From contig OZ059894.1 of the NCBI GenBank assembly GCA_964057225.1, positions 4,898,001-4,962,000 of the forward strand: a stretch of DNA of 64,000 nt, read 5' to 3'. A model generated the notes under the pieces. It had not been told where the DNA came from. It worked only from the letters and a program-made list of their open reading frames with translations, and did not search any database. Each line of letters begins with the position of its first letter. The stretch's first letter is position 1. Made by a program: the position numbers and the translations under genes. Origin of the DNA: Auanema rhodensis (taxonomy: Eukaryota > Animalia > Nematoda). This document shows, in pieces, positions 38,501 through 54,399 of the stretch.

Positions 38501-41500
38501 CCGAGATATCAACTGATATAAGTTCACACTTATATCCTTGATTTTCACCCTGGAGAATTAATTTTTTCGTTGAATAACATTGTCCATCGTCTTTGCCTTG
38601 AAAAAAGGAATCTAAAAACATCTACTTTTTGCTAAATTATTTTGAAATTTTTCGAAAAAATTTTTGTCAAAATGTTTTTGGAAGCTATGTTGAGTGTACA
38701 TGGAAACTCAACATACACTAATGCATCATTTTTCAAACGATCATAACTAATTTTTGTATTAAGCGTTTCTCAAAGTAGTATAGTGCATTCGATGCGGATT
38801 TTCAAGTTGCGTCGATCTGTGTTATCAGATTTGCGCTAGCTTAAAAATGCACCGAGATATCAACTGATATAAGTTCACACTTATATCCTCGATTTTCACC
38901 CTGAAGAATTAATTTTTTCGTTGAATAACATTGTCCATCGTCTTTGCCTTGAAAAAAGGAATCTAAAAACATCTACTTTTTGCTAAATTATTTTGAAATT
39001 TTTCCAAATAATTTTTGTCAAAATGTTTTTGGAAGCTATGTTGAGTGTACATGGAAACTCAACATACACTAATGCATCATTTTTCAAACGATCATAACTA
39101 ATTTTTGTATTAAGCGTTTCTCAAAGTAGTATAGTGCATTCGATGCGGATTTTCAAGTTGCGTCGATCTGTGTTATCAGATTTGCGCTAGCTTAAAAATG
39201 CACCGAGATATCAACTGATATAAGTTCACACTTATATCCTCGATTTTCACCCTGAAGAATTAATTTTTTCGTTGAATAACATTGTCCATCGTCTTTGCCT
39301 TGAAAAAAGGAATCTAAAAACATCTACTTTTTGCTAAATTATTTTGAAATTTTTCGAAAAAATTTTTGTCAAAATGTTTTTGGAAGCTATGTTGAGTGTA
39401 CATGGAAACTCAACATACACTAATGCATCATTTTTCAAACGATCATAACTAATTTTTGTATTAAGCGTTCCTCAATGTAGTATAGTGCATTCGATGCGGA
39501 TTTTTAAGCTGCGTCGATCTGTGTTATCAGATTTGCGCTAGCTTAAAAATGCACCGAGATATCAACTGATATAAGTTCACACTTATATCCTTGATTTTCA
39601 CCCTGGAGAATTAATTTTTTCGTTGAATAACATTGTCCATCGTCTTTGCCTTGAAAAAAGAAATCTAAAAACATCTACTTTTTGCTAAATTATTTTGAAA
39701 TTTTTCGAAAAAATTTTTGTCAAAATGTTTTTGGAAGCAATGTTGAGTGTACATGGAAACTCAACATACACTAATGCATCATTTTTCAAACGATCATAAC
39801 TAATTTTTGTATTAAGCGTTCCTCAATGTAGTATAGTGCATTCGATGCGGATTTTTAAGCTGCGTCGATCTGTGTTATCAGATTTGCGCTAGCTTGAAAA
39901 TGCACCGAGATATCAACTGATATAAGTTCACACTTATATCCTTGATTTTCACCCTGGAGAATTAATTTTTTCGTTGAATAACATTGTCCATCGTCTTTGC
40001 CTTGAAAAAAGGAATCTAAAAACATCTACTTTTTGCTAAATTATTTTGAAATTTTTCGAAAAAATTTTTGTCAAAATGTTTTTGGAAGCAATGTTGAGTG
40101 TACATGGAAACTCAACATACACTAATGCATCATTTTTCAAACGATCATAACTAATTTTTGTATTAAGCGTTTCTCAAAGTAGTATACTGCATTCGATGCG
40201 GATTTCCAAGCTGCGTCGATCTGTGTTATCAGATTTGCGCTAGCTTGAAAATGCACCGAGATATCAACTGATATAAGTTCACACTTATATCCTCGATTTT
40301 CACCCTGAAGAATTAATTTTTTCGTTGAATAACATTGTCCATCGTCTTTGCCTTGAAAAAAGGAATCTAAAAACATCTACTTTTTGCTAAATTATTTTGA
40401 AATTTTTCGAAAAAATTTTTGTCAAAATGTTTTTGGAAGCAATGTTGAGTGTACATGGAAACTCAACATACACTAATGCATCATTTTTCAAACGATCATA
40501 ACTAATTTTTGTATTAAGCGTTTCTCAAAGTAGTATAGTGCATTCGATGCGGATTTTCAAGCTGCGTCGATCTGTGTTATCAGATTTGCGCTAGCTTAAA
40601 AATGCACCGAGATATCAACTGATATAAGTTCACACTTATATCCTCGATTTTCACCATGAAGAATTAATTTTTTCGTTGAATAACATTGTCCATCGTCTTT
40701 GCCTTGAAAAAAGAAATCTAAAAACATCTACTTTCTGCTAAATTATTTTGAAATTTTTCGAAAAAATTTTTGTCAAAATGTTTTTGGAAGCAATGTTGAG
40801 TGTACATGGAAACTCAACATACACTAATGCATCATTTTTCAAACGATCATAACTAATTTTTGTATTAAGCGTTTCTCAAAGTAGTATAGTGCATTCGATG
40901 CGGATTTTCAAGCTGCGTCGATCTGTGTTATCAGATTTGCGCTAGCTTAAAAATGCACCGAGATATCAACTGATATAAGTTCACACTTATATCCTTGATT
41001 TTCACCCTGGAGAATTAATTTTTTCGTTGAATAACATTGTCCATCGTCTTTGCCTTGAAAAAAGGAATCTAAAAACATCTACTTTTTGCTAAATTATTTT
41101 GAAATTTTTCGAAAAAATTTTTGTCAAAATGTTTTTGGAAGCTATGTTGAGTGTACATGGAAACTCAACATACACTAATGCATTATTTTTCAAACGATCA
41201 TAACTAATTTTTGTATTAAGCGTTCCTCAATGTAGTATAGTGCATTCGATGCGGATTTTTAAGCTGCGTCGATCTGTGTTATCAGATTTGCGCTAGCTTA
41301 AAAATGCACCGAGATATCAACTGATATAAGTTCACACTTATATCCTTGATTTTCACCCTGGAGAATTAATTTTTTCGTTGAATAACATTGTCCATCGTCT
41401 TTGCCTTGAAAAAAGGAATCTAAAAACATCTACTTTTTGCTAAATTATTTTGAAATTTTTCGAAAAAATTTTTGTCAAAATGTTTTTGGAAGCAATGTTG

Positions 41501-42049
41501 AGTGTACATGGAAACTCAACATACACTAATGCATCATTTTTCAAACGATCATAACTAATTTTTGTATTAAGCGTTTCTCAAAGTAGTATAGTGCATTCGA
41601 TGCGGATTTTCAAGCTGCGTCGATCTGTGTTATCAGATTTGCGCTAGCTTAAAAATGCACCGAGATATCAACTGATATAAGTTCACACTTATATCCTCGA
41701 TTTTCACCCTGAAGAATTAATTTTTTCGTTGAATAACATTGTCCATCGTCTTTGCCTTGAAAAAAGGAATCTAAAAACATCTACTTTCTGCTAAATTATT
41801 TTGAAATTTTTCGAAAAAATTTTTGTCAAAATGTTTTTGGAAGCAATGTTGAGTGTACATGGAAACTCAACATACACTAATGCATTATTTTTCAAACGAT
41901 CATAACTAATTTTTGTATTAAGCGTTCCTCAATGTAGTATAGTGCATTCGATGCGGATTTTTAAGCTGCGTCGATCTGTGTTATCAGATTTGCGCTAGCT
42001 TAAAAATGCACCGAGATATCAACTGATATAAGTTCACACTTATATCCTC

Positions 42050-45000
42050 GATTTTCTTCCTGAAGAATTAATTTTTTCGTTGAATAACATTGTCCATCGT
42101 CTTTGCCTTGAAAAAAGGAATCTAAAAACATCTACTTTTTGCTAAATTATTTTGAAATTTTTCGAAAAAATTTTTGTCAAAATGTTTTTGGAAGCTATGT
42201 TGAGTGTACATGGAAACTCAACATACACTAATGCATTATTTTTCAAACGATCATAACTAATTTTTGTATTAAGCGTTCCTCAATGTAGTATAGTGCATTC
42301 GATGCGGATTTTTAAGCTGCGTCGATCTGTGTTATCAGATTTGCGCTAGCTTAAAAATGCACCGAGATATCAACTGATATAAGTTCACACTTATATCCTT
42401 GATTTTCACCCTGGAGAATTAATTTTTTCGTTGAATAACATTGTCCATCGTCTTTGCCTTGAAAAAAGGAATCTAAAAACATCTACTTTTTGCTAAATTA
42501 TTTTGAAATTTTTCGAAAAAATTTTTGTCAAAATGTTTTTGGAAGCAATGTTGAGTGTACATGGAAACTCAACATACACTAATGCATCATTTTTCAAACG
42601 ATCATAACTAATTTTTGTATTAAGCGTTCTTTAATGTAGTATAGTGCATTCGATGCGGATTTTTAAGCTGCGTCGATCTGTGTTATCAGATTTGCGCTAG
42701 CTTAAAAATGCACCGAGATATCAACTGATATAAGTTCACACTTATATCCTTGATTTTCACCCTGGAGAATTAATTTTTTCGTTGAATAACATTGTCCATC
42801 GTCTTTGCCTTGAAAAAAGGAATCTAAAAACATCTACTTTTTGCTAAATTATTTTGAAATTTTTCGAAAAAATTTTTGTCAAAATGTTTTTGGAAGCAAT
42901 GTTGAGTGTACATGGAAACTCAACATACACTAATGCATCATTTTTCAAACGATCATAACTAATTTTTGTATTAAGCGTTTCTCAAAGTAGTATAGTGCAT
43001 TCGATGCGGATTTTCAAGTTGCGTCGATCTCTGTTATCAGATTTGCGCTAGCTTAAAAATGCACCGAGATATCAACTGATATAAGTTCACACTTATATCC
43101 TCGATTTTCACCCTGAAGAATTAATTTTTTCGTTGAATAACATTGTCCATCGTCTTTGCCTTGAAAAAAGAAATCTAAAAACATCTACTTTTTGCTAAAT
43201 TATTTTGAAATTTTTCGAAAAAATTTTTGTCAAAATGTTTTTGGAAGCTATGTTGAGTGTACATGGAAACTCAACATACACTAATGCATTATTTTTCAAA
43301 CGATCATAACTAATTTTTGTATTAAGCGTTCCTCAATGTAGTATAGTGCATTCGATGCGGATTTTTAAGCTGCGTCGATCTGTGTTATCAGATTTGCGCT
43401 AGCTTAAAAATGCACCGAGATATCAACTGATATAAGTTCACACTTATATCCTTGATTTTCACCCTGGAGAATTAATTTTTTCGTTGAATAACATTGTCCA
43501 TCGTCTTTGCCTTGAAAAAAGGAATCTAAAAACATCTACTTTTTGCTAAATTATTTTGAAATTTTTCGAAAAAATTTTTGTCAAAATGTTTTTGGAAGCA
43601 ATGTTGAGTGTACATGGAAACTCAACATACACTAATGCATCATTTTTCAAACGATCATAACTAATTTTTGTATTAAGCGTTCCTCAATGTAGTATAGTGC
43701 ATTCGATGCGGATTTTTAAGCTGCGTCGATCTGTGTTATCAGATTTGCGCTAGCTTAAAAATGCACCGAGATATCAACTGATATAAGTTCACACTTATAT
43801 CCTCGATTTTCACCCTGAAGAATTAATTTTTTCGTTGAATAACATTGTCCATCGTCTTTGCCTTGAAAAAAGGAATCTAAAAACATCTACTTTTTGCTAA
43901 ATTATTTTGAAATTTTTTGAAAAAATTTTTGTCAAAATGTTTTTGGAAGCTATGTTGAGTGTACATGGAAACTCAACATACACTAATGCATCATTTTTCA
44001 AACGATCATAACTAATTTTTGTATTAAGCGTTTCTCAAAGTAGTATAGTGCATTCGATGCGGATTTTCAAGTTGCGTCGATCTGTGTTATCAGATTTGCG
44101 CTAGCTTAAAAATGCACCGAGATATCAACTGATATAAGTTCACACTTATATCCTCGATTTTCACCCTGAAGAATTAATTTTTTCGTTGAATAACATTGTC
44201 GATCGTCTTTGTCTTGAAAAAAGGAATCTAAAAACATCTACTTTTTGCTAAATTATTTTGAAATTTTTCGAAAAAATTTTTGTCAAAATGTTTTTGGAAG
44301 CTATGTTGAGTGTACATGGAAACTCAACATACACTAATGCATTATTTTTCAAACGATCATAACTAATTTTTGTATTAAGCGTTCCTCAATGTAGTATAGT
44401 GCATTCGATGCGGATTTTTAAGCTGCGTCGATCTGTGTTATCAGATTTGCGCTAGCTTAAAAATGCACCGAGATATCAACTGATATAAGTTCACACTTAT
44501 ATCCTCGATTTTCACCCTGAAGAATTAATTTTTTCGTTGAATAACATTGTCCATCGTCTTTGCCTTGAAAAAAGGAATCTAAAAACATCTACTTTTTGCT
44601 AAATTATTCTGAAATTTTTCGAAAAAATTTTTGTCAAAATGTTTTTGGAAGCTATGTTGAGTGTACATGGAAACTCAACATACACTAATGCATCATTTTT
44701 CAAACGATCATAACTAATTTTTGTATTAAGCGTTTCTCAAAGTAGTATAGTGCATTCGATGCGGATTTTCAAGTTGCGTCGATCTGTGTTATCAGATTTG
44801 CGCTAGCTTAAAAATGCACCGAGATATCAACTGATATAAGTTCACACTTATATCCTCGATTTTCACCCTGAAGAATTAATTTTTTCGTTGAATAACATTG
44901 TCCATCGTCTTTGCCTTGAAAAAAGGAATCTAAAAACATCTACTTTTTGCTAAATTATTTTGAAATTTTTCCAAATAATTTTTGTCAAAATGTTTTTGGA

Positions 45001-47650
45001 AGCTATGTTGAGTGTACAGGGAAACTCAACATACACTTATGCATCATTTTTCAAACGATCATAACTAATTTTTGTATTAAGCGTTTCTCAAAGTAGTATA
45101 GTGCATTCGATGCGGATTTTCAAGTTGCGTCGATCTGTGTTATCAGATTTGCGCTAGCTTAAAAATGCACCGAGATATCAACTGATATAAGTTCACACTT
45201 ATATCCTCGATTTTCTTCCTGAAGAATTAATTTTTTCGTTGAATAACATTGTCCATCGTCTTTGCCTTGAAAAAAGGAATCTAAAAACATCTACTTTTTG
45301 CTAAATTATTTTGAAATTTTTCGAAAAAATTTTTGTCAAAATGTTTTTGGAAGCTATGTTGAGTGTACATGGAAACTCAACATACACTAATGCATTATTT
45401 TTCAAACGATCATAACTAATTTTTGTATTAAGCGTTCCTCAATGTAGTATAGTGCATTCGATGCGGATTTTTAAGCTGCGTCGATCTGTGTTATCAGATT
45501 TGCGCTAGCTTAAAAATGCACCGAGATATCAACTGATATAAGTTCACACTTATATCCTTGATTTTCACCCTGGAGAATTAATTTTTTCGTTGAATAACAT
45601 TGTCCATCGTCTTTGCCTTGAAAAAAGGAATCTAAAAACATCTACTTTTTGCTAAATTATTTTGAAATTTTTCGAAAAAATTTTTGTCAAAATGTTTTTG
45701 GAAGCAATGTTGAGTGTACATGGAAACTCAACATACACTAATGCATCATTTTTCAAACGATCATAACTAATTTTTGTATTAAGCGTTCTTTAATGTAGTA
45801 TAGTGCATTCGATGCGGATTTTTAAGCTGCGTCGATCTGTGTTATCAGATTTGCGCTAGCTTAAAAATGCACCGAGATATCAACTGATATAAGTTCACAC
45901 TTATATCCTTGATTTTCACCCTGGAGAATTAATTTTTTCGTTGAATAACATTGTCCATCGTCTTTGCCTTGAAAAAAGGAATCTAAAAACATCTACTTTT
46001 TGCTAAATTATTTTGAAATTTTTCGAAAAAATTTTTGTCAAAATGTTTTTGGAAGCAATGTTGAGTGTACATGGAAACTCAACATACACTAATGCATCAT
46101 TTTTCAAACGATCATAACTAATTTTTGTATTAAGCGTTTCTCAAAGTAGTATAGTGCATTCGATGCGGATTTTCAAGTTGCGTCGATCTCTGTTATCAGA
46201 TTTGCGCTAGCTTAAAAATGCACCGAGATATCAACTGATATAAGTTCACACTTATATCCTCGATTTTCACCCTGAAGAATTAATTTTTTCGTTGAATAAC
46301 ATTGTCCATCGTCTTTGCCTTGAAAAAAGAAATCTAAAAACATCTACTTTTTGCTAAATTATTTTGAAATTTTTCGAAAAAATTTTTGTCAAAATGTTTT
46401 TGGAAGCTATGTTGAGTGTACATGGAAACTCAACATACACTAATGCATTATTTTTCAAACGATCATAACTAATTTTTGTATTAAGCGTTCCTCAATGTAG
46501 TATAGTGCATTCGATGCGGATTTTTAAGCTGCGTCGATCTGTGTTATCAGATTTGCGCTAGCTTAAAAATGCACCGAGATATCAACTGATATAAGTTCAC
46601 ACTTATATCCTTGATTTTCACCCTGGAGAATTAATTTTTTCGTTGAATAACATTGTCCATCGTCTTTGCCTTGAAAAAAGGAATCTAAAAACATCTACTT
46701 TTTGCTAAATTATTTTGAAATTTTTCGAAAAAATTTTTGTCAAAATGTTTTTGGAAGCAATGTTGAGTGTACATGGAAACTCAACATACACTAATGCATC
46801 ATTTTTCAAACGATCATAACTAATTTTTGTATTAAGCGTTCCTCAATGTAGTATAGTGCATTCGATGCGGATTTTTAAGCTGCGTCGATCTGTGTTATCA
46901 GATTTGCGCTAGCTTAAAAATGCACCGAGATATCAACTGATATAAGTTCACACTTATATCCTCGATTTTCACCCTGAAGAATTAATTTTTTCGTTGAATA
47001 ACATTGTCCATCGTCTTTGCCTTGAAAAAAGGAATCTAAAAACATCTACTTTTTGCTAAATTATTTTGAAATTTTTCGAAAAAATTTTTGTCAAAATGTT
47101 TTTGGAAGCTATGTTGAGTGTACATGGAAACTCAACATACACTAATGCATCATTTTTCAAACGATCATAACTAATTTTTGTATTAAGCGTTTCTCAAAGT
47201 AGTATAGTGCATTCGATGCGGATTTTCAAGTTGCGTCGATCTGTGTTATCAGATTTGCGCTAGCTTAAAAATGCACCGAGATATCAACTGATATAAGTTC
47301 ACACTTATATCCTCGATTTTCACCCTGAAGAATTAATTTTTTCGTTGAATAACATTGTCGATCGTCTTTGTCTTGAAAAAAGGAATCTAAAAACATCTAC
47401 TTTTTGCTAAATTATTTTGAAATTTTTCGAAAAAATTTTTGTCAAAATGTTTTTGGAAGCTATGTTGAGTGTACATGGAAACTCAACATACACTAATGCA
47501 TTATTTTTCAAACGATCATAACTAATTTTTGTATTAAGCGTTCCTCAATGTAGTATAGTGCATTCGATGCGGATTTTTAAGCTGCGTCGATCTGTGTTAT
47601 CAGATTTGCGCTAGCTTAAAAATGCACCGAGATATCAACTGATATAAGTT
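42050..47650. repeat. Tandem duplication of a 9-monomer (3,159-bp) block
   Basis: TTTTCTTCCTG at 42057/45216, GTTCTTTAATG at about 42630/45789, GATCTCTGTT at 43031/46190, AAAGAAATC at 43171/46330 and GTCGATCG at 44201/47360 are all offset by 3,159. Confidence 0.9.
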
Positions 47651-50600
47651 CACACTTATATCCTTGATTTTCACCCTGGAGAATTAATTTTTTCGTTGAA
47701 TAACATTGTCCATCGTCTTTGCCTTGAAAAAAGGAATCTAAAAACATCTACTTTTTGCTAAATTATTTTGAAATTTTTCGAAAAAATTTTTGTCAAAATG
47801 TTTTTGGAAGCAATGTTGAGTGTACATGGAAACTCAACATACACTAATGCATCATTTTTCAAACGATCATAACTAATTTTTGTATTAAGCGTTCCTCAAT
47901 GTAGTATAGTGCATTCGATGCGGATTTTTAAGCTGCGTCGATCTGTGTTATCAGATTTGCGCTAGCTTAAAAATGCACCGAGATATCAACTGATATAAGT
48001 TCACACTTATATCCTCGATTTTCACCCTGAAGAATTAATTTTTTCGTTGAATAACATTGTCCATCGTCTTTGCCTTGAAAAAAGGAATCTAAAAACATCT
48101 ACTTTTTGCTAAATTATTTTGAAATTTTTCGAAAAAATTTTTGTCAAAATGTTTTTGGAAGCTATGTTGAGTGTACATGGAAACTCAACATACACTAATG
48201 CATCATTTTTCAAACGATCATAACTAATTTTTGTATTAAGCGTTTCTCAAAGTAGTATAGTGCATTCGATGCGGATTTTCAAGTTGCGTCGATCTGTGTT
48301 ATCAGATTTGCGCTAGCTTAAAAATGCACCGAGATATCAACTGATATAAGTTCACACTTATATCCTCGATTTTCACCCTGAAGAATTAATTTTTTCGTTG
48401 AATAACATTGTCCATCGTCTTTGCCTTGAAAAAAGGAATCTAAAAACATCTACTTTTTGCTAAATTATTTTGAAATTTTTCCAAATAATTTTTGTCAAAA
48501 TGTTTTTGGAAGCTATGTTGAGTGTACAGGGAAACTCAACATACACTTATGCATCATTTTTCAAACGATCATAACTAATTTTTGTATTAAGCGTTTCTCA
48601 AAGTAGTATAGTGCATTCGATGCGGATTTTCAAGTTGCGTCGATCTGTGTTATCAGATTTGCGCTAGCTTAAAAATGCACCGAGATATCAACTGATATAA
48701 GTTCACACTTATATCCTCGATTTTCACCCTGAAGAATTAATTTTTTCGTTGAATAACATTGTCCATCGTCTTTGCCTTGAAAAAAGGAATCTAAAAACAT
48801 CTACTTTTTGCTAAATTATTTTGAAATTTTTCCAAATAATTTTTGTCAAAATGTTTTTGGAAGCTATGTTGAGTGTACAGGGAAACTCAACATACACTTA
48901 TGCATCATTTTTCAAACGATCATAACTAATTTTTGTATTAAGCGTTCCTCAATGTAGTATAGTGCATTAGATGCGGATTTTTAAGCTGCGTCGATCTGTG
49001 TTATCAGATTTGCGCTAGCTTAAAAATGCACCGAGATATCAACTGATATAAGTTCACACTTATATCCTCGATTTTCACCCTGAAGAATTAATTTTTTAGT
49101 TGAATAACATTGTCCATCGTCTTTGCCTTGAAAAAAGGAATCTAAAAACATCTACTTTTTGCTAAATTATTTTGAAATTTTTCCAAATAATTTTTGTCAA
49201 AATGTTTTTGGAAGCTATGTTGAGTGTACAGGGAAACTCAACATACACTTATGCATCATTTTTCAAACGATCATAACTAATTTTTGTATTAAGCGTTTCT
49301 CAAAGTAGTATAGTGCATTCGATGCGGATTTCCAAGCTGCGTCGATCTGTGTTATCAGATTTGCGCTAGCTTAAAAATGCACCGAGATATCAACTGATAT
49401 AAGTTCACACTTATATCCTTGATTTTCACCCTGGAGAATTAATTTTTTCGTTGAATAACATTGTCCATCGTCTTTGCCTTGAAAAAAGGAATCTAAAAAC
49501 ATCTACTTTTTGCTAAATTATTTTGAAATTTTTCGAAAAAATTTTTGTCAAAATGTTTTTGGAAGCAATGTTGAGTGTACATGGAAACTCAACATACACT
49601 AATGCATCATTTTTCAAACGATCATAACTAATTTTTGTATTAAGCGTTCCTCAATGTAGTATAGTGCATTCGATGCGGATTTTTAAGCTGCGTCGATCTG
49701 TGTTATCAGATTTGCGCTAGCTTAAAAATGCACCGAGATATCAACTGATATAAGTTCACACTTATATCCTCGATTTTCACCCTGAAGAATTAATTTTTTC
49801 GTTGAATAACATTGTCCATCGTCTTTGCCTTGAAAAAAGGAATCTAAAAACATCTACTTTTTGCTAAATTATTTTGAAATTTTTCGAAAAAATTTTTGTC
49901 AAAATGTTTTTGGAAGCTATGTTGAGTGTACATGGAAACTCAACATACACTAATGCATCATTTTTCAAACGATCATAACTAATTTTTGTATTAAGCGTTT
50001 CTCAAAGTAGTATAGTGCATTCGATGCGGATTTTCAAGTTGCGTCGATCTGTGTTATCAGATTTGCGCTAGCTTAAAAATGCACCGAGATATCAACTGAT
50101 ATAAGTTCACACTTATATCCTCGATTTTCACCCTGAAGAATTAATTTTTTCGTTGAATAACATTGTCCATCGTCTTTGCCTTGAAAAAAGGAATCTAAAA
50201 ACATCTACTTTTTGCTAAATTATTTTGAAATTTTTCGAAAAAATTTTTGTCAAAATGTTTTTGGAAGCTATGTTGAGTGTACATGGAAACTCAACATACA
50301 CTAATGCATCATTTTTCAAACGATCATAACTAATTTTTGTATTAAGCGTTTCTCAAAGTAGTATAGTGCATTCGATGCGGATTTTCAAGTTGCGTCGATC
50401 TGTGTTATCAGATTTGCGCTAGCTTAAAAATGCACCGAGATATCAACTGATATAAGTTCACACTTATATCCTCGATTTTCACCCTGAAGAATTAATTTTT
50501 TCGTTGAATAACATTGTCGATCGTCTTTGTCTTGAAAAAAGGAATCTAAAAACATCTACTTTTTGCTAAATTATTTTGAAATTTTTCGAAAAAATTTTTG

Positions 50601-53600
50601 TCAAAATGTTTTTGGAAGCTATGTTGAGTGTACATGGAAACTCAACATACACTAATGCATTATTTTTCAAACGATCATAACTAATTTTTGTATTAAGCGT
50701 TCCTCAATGTAGTATAGTGCATTCGATGCGGATTTTTAAGCTGCGTCGATCTGTGTTATCAGATTTGCGCTAGCTTAAAAATGCACCGAGATATCAACTG
50801 ATATAAGTTCACACTTATATCCTCGATTTTCACCCTGAAGAATTAATTTTTTTTTGTTGAATAACATTGTCCATCGTCTTTGCCTTGAAAAAAGGAATCT
50901 AAAAACATCTACTTTTTGCTAAATTATTTTGAAATTTTTCGAAAAAATTTTTGTCAAAATGTTTTTGGAAGCAATGTTGAGTGTACATGGAAACTCAACA
51001 TACACTAATGCATCATTTTTCAAACGATCATAACTAATTTTTGTATTAAGCGTTCCTCAATGTAGTATAGTGCATTCGATGCGGATTTTTAAGCTGCGTC
51101 GATCTGTGTTATCAGATTTGCGCTAGCTTAAAAATGCACCGAGATATCAACTGATATAAGTTCACACTTATATCCTCGATTTTCACCCTGAAGAATTAAT
51201 TTTTTCGTTGAATAACATTGTCCATCGTCTTTGCCTTGAAAAAAGGAATCTAAAAACATCTACTTTTTGCTAAATTATTTTGAAATTTTTCGAAAAAATT
51301 TTTGTCAAAATGTTTTTGGAAGCAATGTTGAGTGTACATGGAAACTCAACATACACTAATGCATCATTTTTCAAACGATCATAACTAATTTTTGTATTAA
51401 GCGTTCCTCAATGTAGTATAGTGCATTCGATGCGGATTTTTAAGCTGCGTCGATCTGTGTTATCAGATTTGCGCTAGCTTAAAAATGCACCGAGATATCA
51501 ACTGATATAAGTTCACACTTATATCCTCGATTTTCACCCTGAAGAATTAATTTTTTCGTTGAATAACATTGTCCATCGTCTTTGCCTTGAAAAAAGGAAT
51601 CTAAAAACATCTACTTTTTGCTAAATTATTTTGAAATTTTTCGAAAAAATTTTTGTCAAAATGTTTTTGGAAGCTATGTTGAGTGTACATGGAAACTCAA
51701 CATACACTAATGCATCATTTTTCAAACGATCATAACTAATTTTTGTATTAAGCGTTTCTCAAAGTAGTATAGTGCATTCGATGCGGATTTTCAAGTTGCG
51801 TCGATCTGTGTTATCAGATTTGCGCTAGCTTAAAAATGCACCGAGATATCAACTGATATAAGTTCACACTTATATCCTCGATTTTCACCCTGAAGAATTA
51901 ATTTTTTCGTTGAATAACATTGTCCATCGTCTTTGCCTTGAAAAAAGGAATCTAAAAACATCTACTTTTTGCTAAATTATTTTGAAATTTTTCGAAAAAA
52001 TTTTTGTCAAAATGTTTTTGGAAGCTATGTTGAGTGTACATGGAAACTCAACATACACTAATGCATCATTTTTCAAACGATCATAACTAATTTTTGTATT
52101 AAGCGTTTCTCAAAGTAGTATAGTGCATTCGATGCGGATTTTCAAGTTGCGTCGATCTGTGTTATCAGATTTGCGCTAGCTTAAAAATGCACCGAGATAT
52201 CAACTGATATAAGTTCACACTTATATCCTCGATTTTCACCCTGAAGAATTAATTTTTTCGTTGAATAACATTGTCGATCGTCTTTGTCTTGAAAAAAGGA
52301 ATCTAAAAACATCTACTTTTTGCTAAATTATTTTGAAATTTTTCGAAAAAATTTTTGTCAAAATGTTTTTGGAAGCTATGTTGAGTGTACATGGAAACTC
52401 AACATACACTAATGCATTATTTTTCAAACGATCATAACTAATTTTTGTATTAAGCGTTCCTCAATGTAGTATAGTGCATTCGATGCGGATTTTTAAGCTG
52501 CGTCGATCTGTGTTATCAGATTTGCGCTAGCTTAAAAATGCACCGAGATATCAACTGATATAAGTTCACACTTATATCCTCGATTTTCACCCTGAAGAAT
52601 TAATTTTTTTTTGTTGAATAACATTGTCCATCGTCTTTGCCTTGAAAAAAGGAATCTAAAAACATCTACTTTTTGCTAAATTATTTTGAAATTTTTCGAA
52701 AAAATTTTTGTCAAAATGTTTTTGGAAGCAATGTTGAGTGTACATGGAAACTCAACATACACTAATGCATCATTTTTCAAACGATCATAACTAATTTTTG
52801 TATTAAGCGTTCCTCAATGTAGTATAGTGCATTCGATGCGGATTTTTAAGCTGCGTCGATCTGTGTTATCAGATTTGCGCTAGCTTAAAAATGCACCGAG
52901 ATATCAACTGATATAAGTTCACACTTATATCCTCGATTTTCACCCTGAAGAATTAATTTTTTTTTGTTGAATAACATTGTCCATCGTCTTTGCCTTGAAA
53001 AAAGGAATCTAAAAACATCTACTTTTTGCTAAATTATTTTGAAATTTTTCGAAAAAATTTTTGTCAAAATGTTTTTGGAAGCTATGTTGAGTGTACATGG
53101 AAACTCAACATACACTAATGCATCATTTTTCAAACGATCATAACTAATTTTTGTATTAAGCGTTTCTCAAAGTAGTATAGTGCATTCGATGCGGATTTTC
53201 AAGTTGCGTCGATCTGTGTTATCAGATTTGCGCTAGCTTAAAAATGCACCGAGATATCAACTGATATAAGTTCACACTTATATCCTCGATTTTCACCCTG
53301 AAGAATTAATTTTTTCGTTGAATAACATTGTCCATCGTCTTTGCCTTGAAAAAAGGAATCTAAAAACATCTACTTTTTGCTAAATTATTTTGAAATTTTT
53401 CCAAATAATTTTTGTCAAAATGTTTTTGGAAGCTATGTTGAGTGTACAGGGAAACTCAACATACACTTATGCATCATTTTTCAAACGATCATAACTAATT
53501 TTTGTATTAAGCGTTTCTCAAAGTAGTATAGTGCATTCGATGCGGATTTTCAAGTTGCGTCGATCTGTGTTATCAGATTTGCGCTAGCTTAAAAATGCAC

Positions 53601-54399
53601 CGAGATATCAACTGATATAAGTTCACACTTATATCCTCCATTTTCACCCTGAAGAATTAATTTTTTCGTTGAATAACATCGTTCATCGTCTTTGCCTTGA
53701 AAAAAGGAATCTAAAAACATCTACTTTTTGCTAAATTATTTTGAAATTTTTCCAAATAATTTTTGTCAAAATGTTTTTGGAAGCTATGTTGAGTGTACAT
53801 GGAAACTCAACATACACTTATGCATCATTTTTCAAACGATCATAACTAATTTTTGTATTAAGCGTTTCTCAAAGTAGTATAGTGCATTCGATGCGGATTT
53901 TCAAGTTGCGTCGATCTGTGTTATCAGATTTGCGCTAGCTTAAAAATGCACCGAGATATCAACTGATATAAGTTCACACTTATATCCTCGATTTTCACCC
54001 TGAAGAATTAATTTTTTCGTTGAATAACATCGTCCATCGTCTTTGCCTTGAAAAAAGGAATCTAAAAACATCTACTTTTTGCTAAATTATTTTGAAATTT
54101 TTCCAAATAATTTTTGTCAAAATGTTTTTGGAAGCTATGTTGAGTGTACATGGAAACTCAACATACACTAATGCATCATTTTTCAAACGATCATAACTAA
54201 TTTTTGTATTAAGCGTTTCTCAAAGTAGTATAGTGCATTCGATGCGGATTTTCAAGTTGCGTCGATCTGTGTTATCAGATTTGCGCTAGCTTAAAAATGC
54301 ACCGAGATATCAACTGATATAAGTTCACACTTATATCCTCGATTTTCACCCTGAAGAATTAATTTTTTCGTTGAATAACATTGTTGATCGTCTTTGTCT

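Noticed and set aside
40206-40247. Compensatory pair C215:G255 in the 11-bp stem
   Set aside because: Both changes co-occur in this one monomer only. C215 occurs many times without G255, and G255 occurs several times without C215, so covariation is not supported.
40137-40376. 79-aa minus-strand ORF (MFLDSFFQGK...)
   Set aside because: It lies wholly in satellite sequence and spans a monomer junction. It is open only because this copy combines GCTTGAAA (40247; TAA>CAA) and TTTCCAAG (40206-40207; stop>TGG). The other copies carry stops, and there is no recognisable protein motif.
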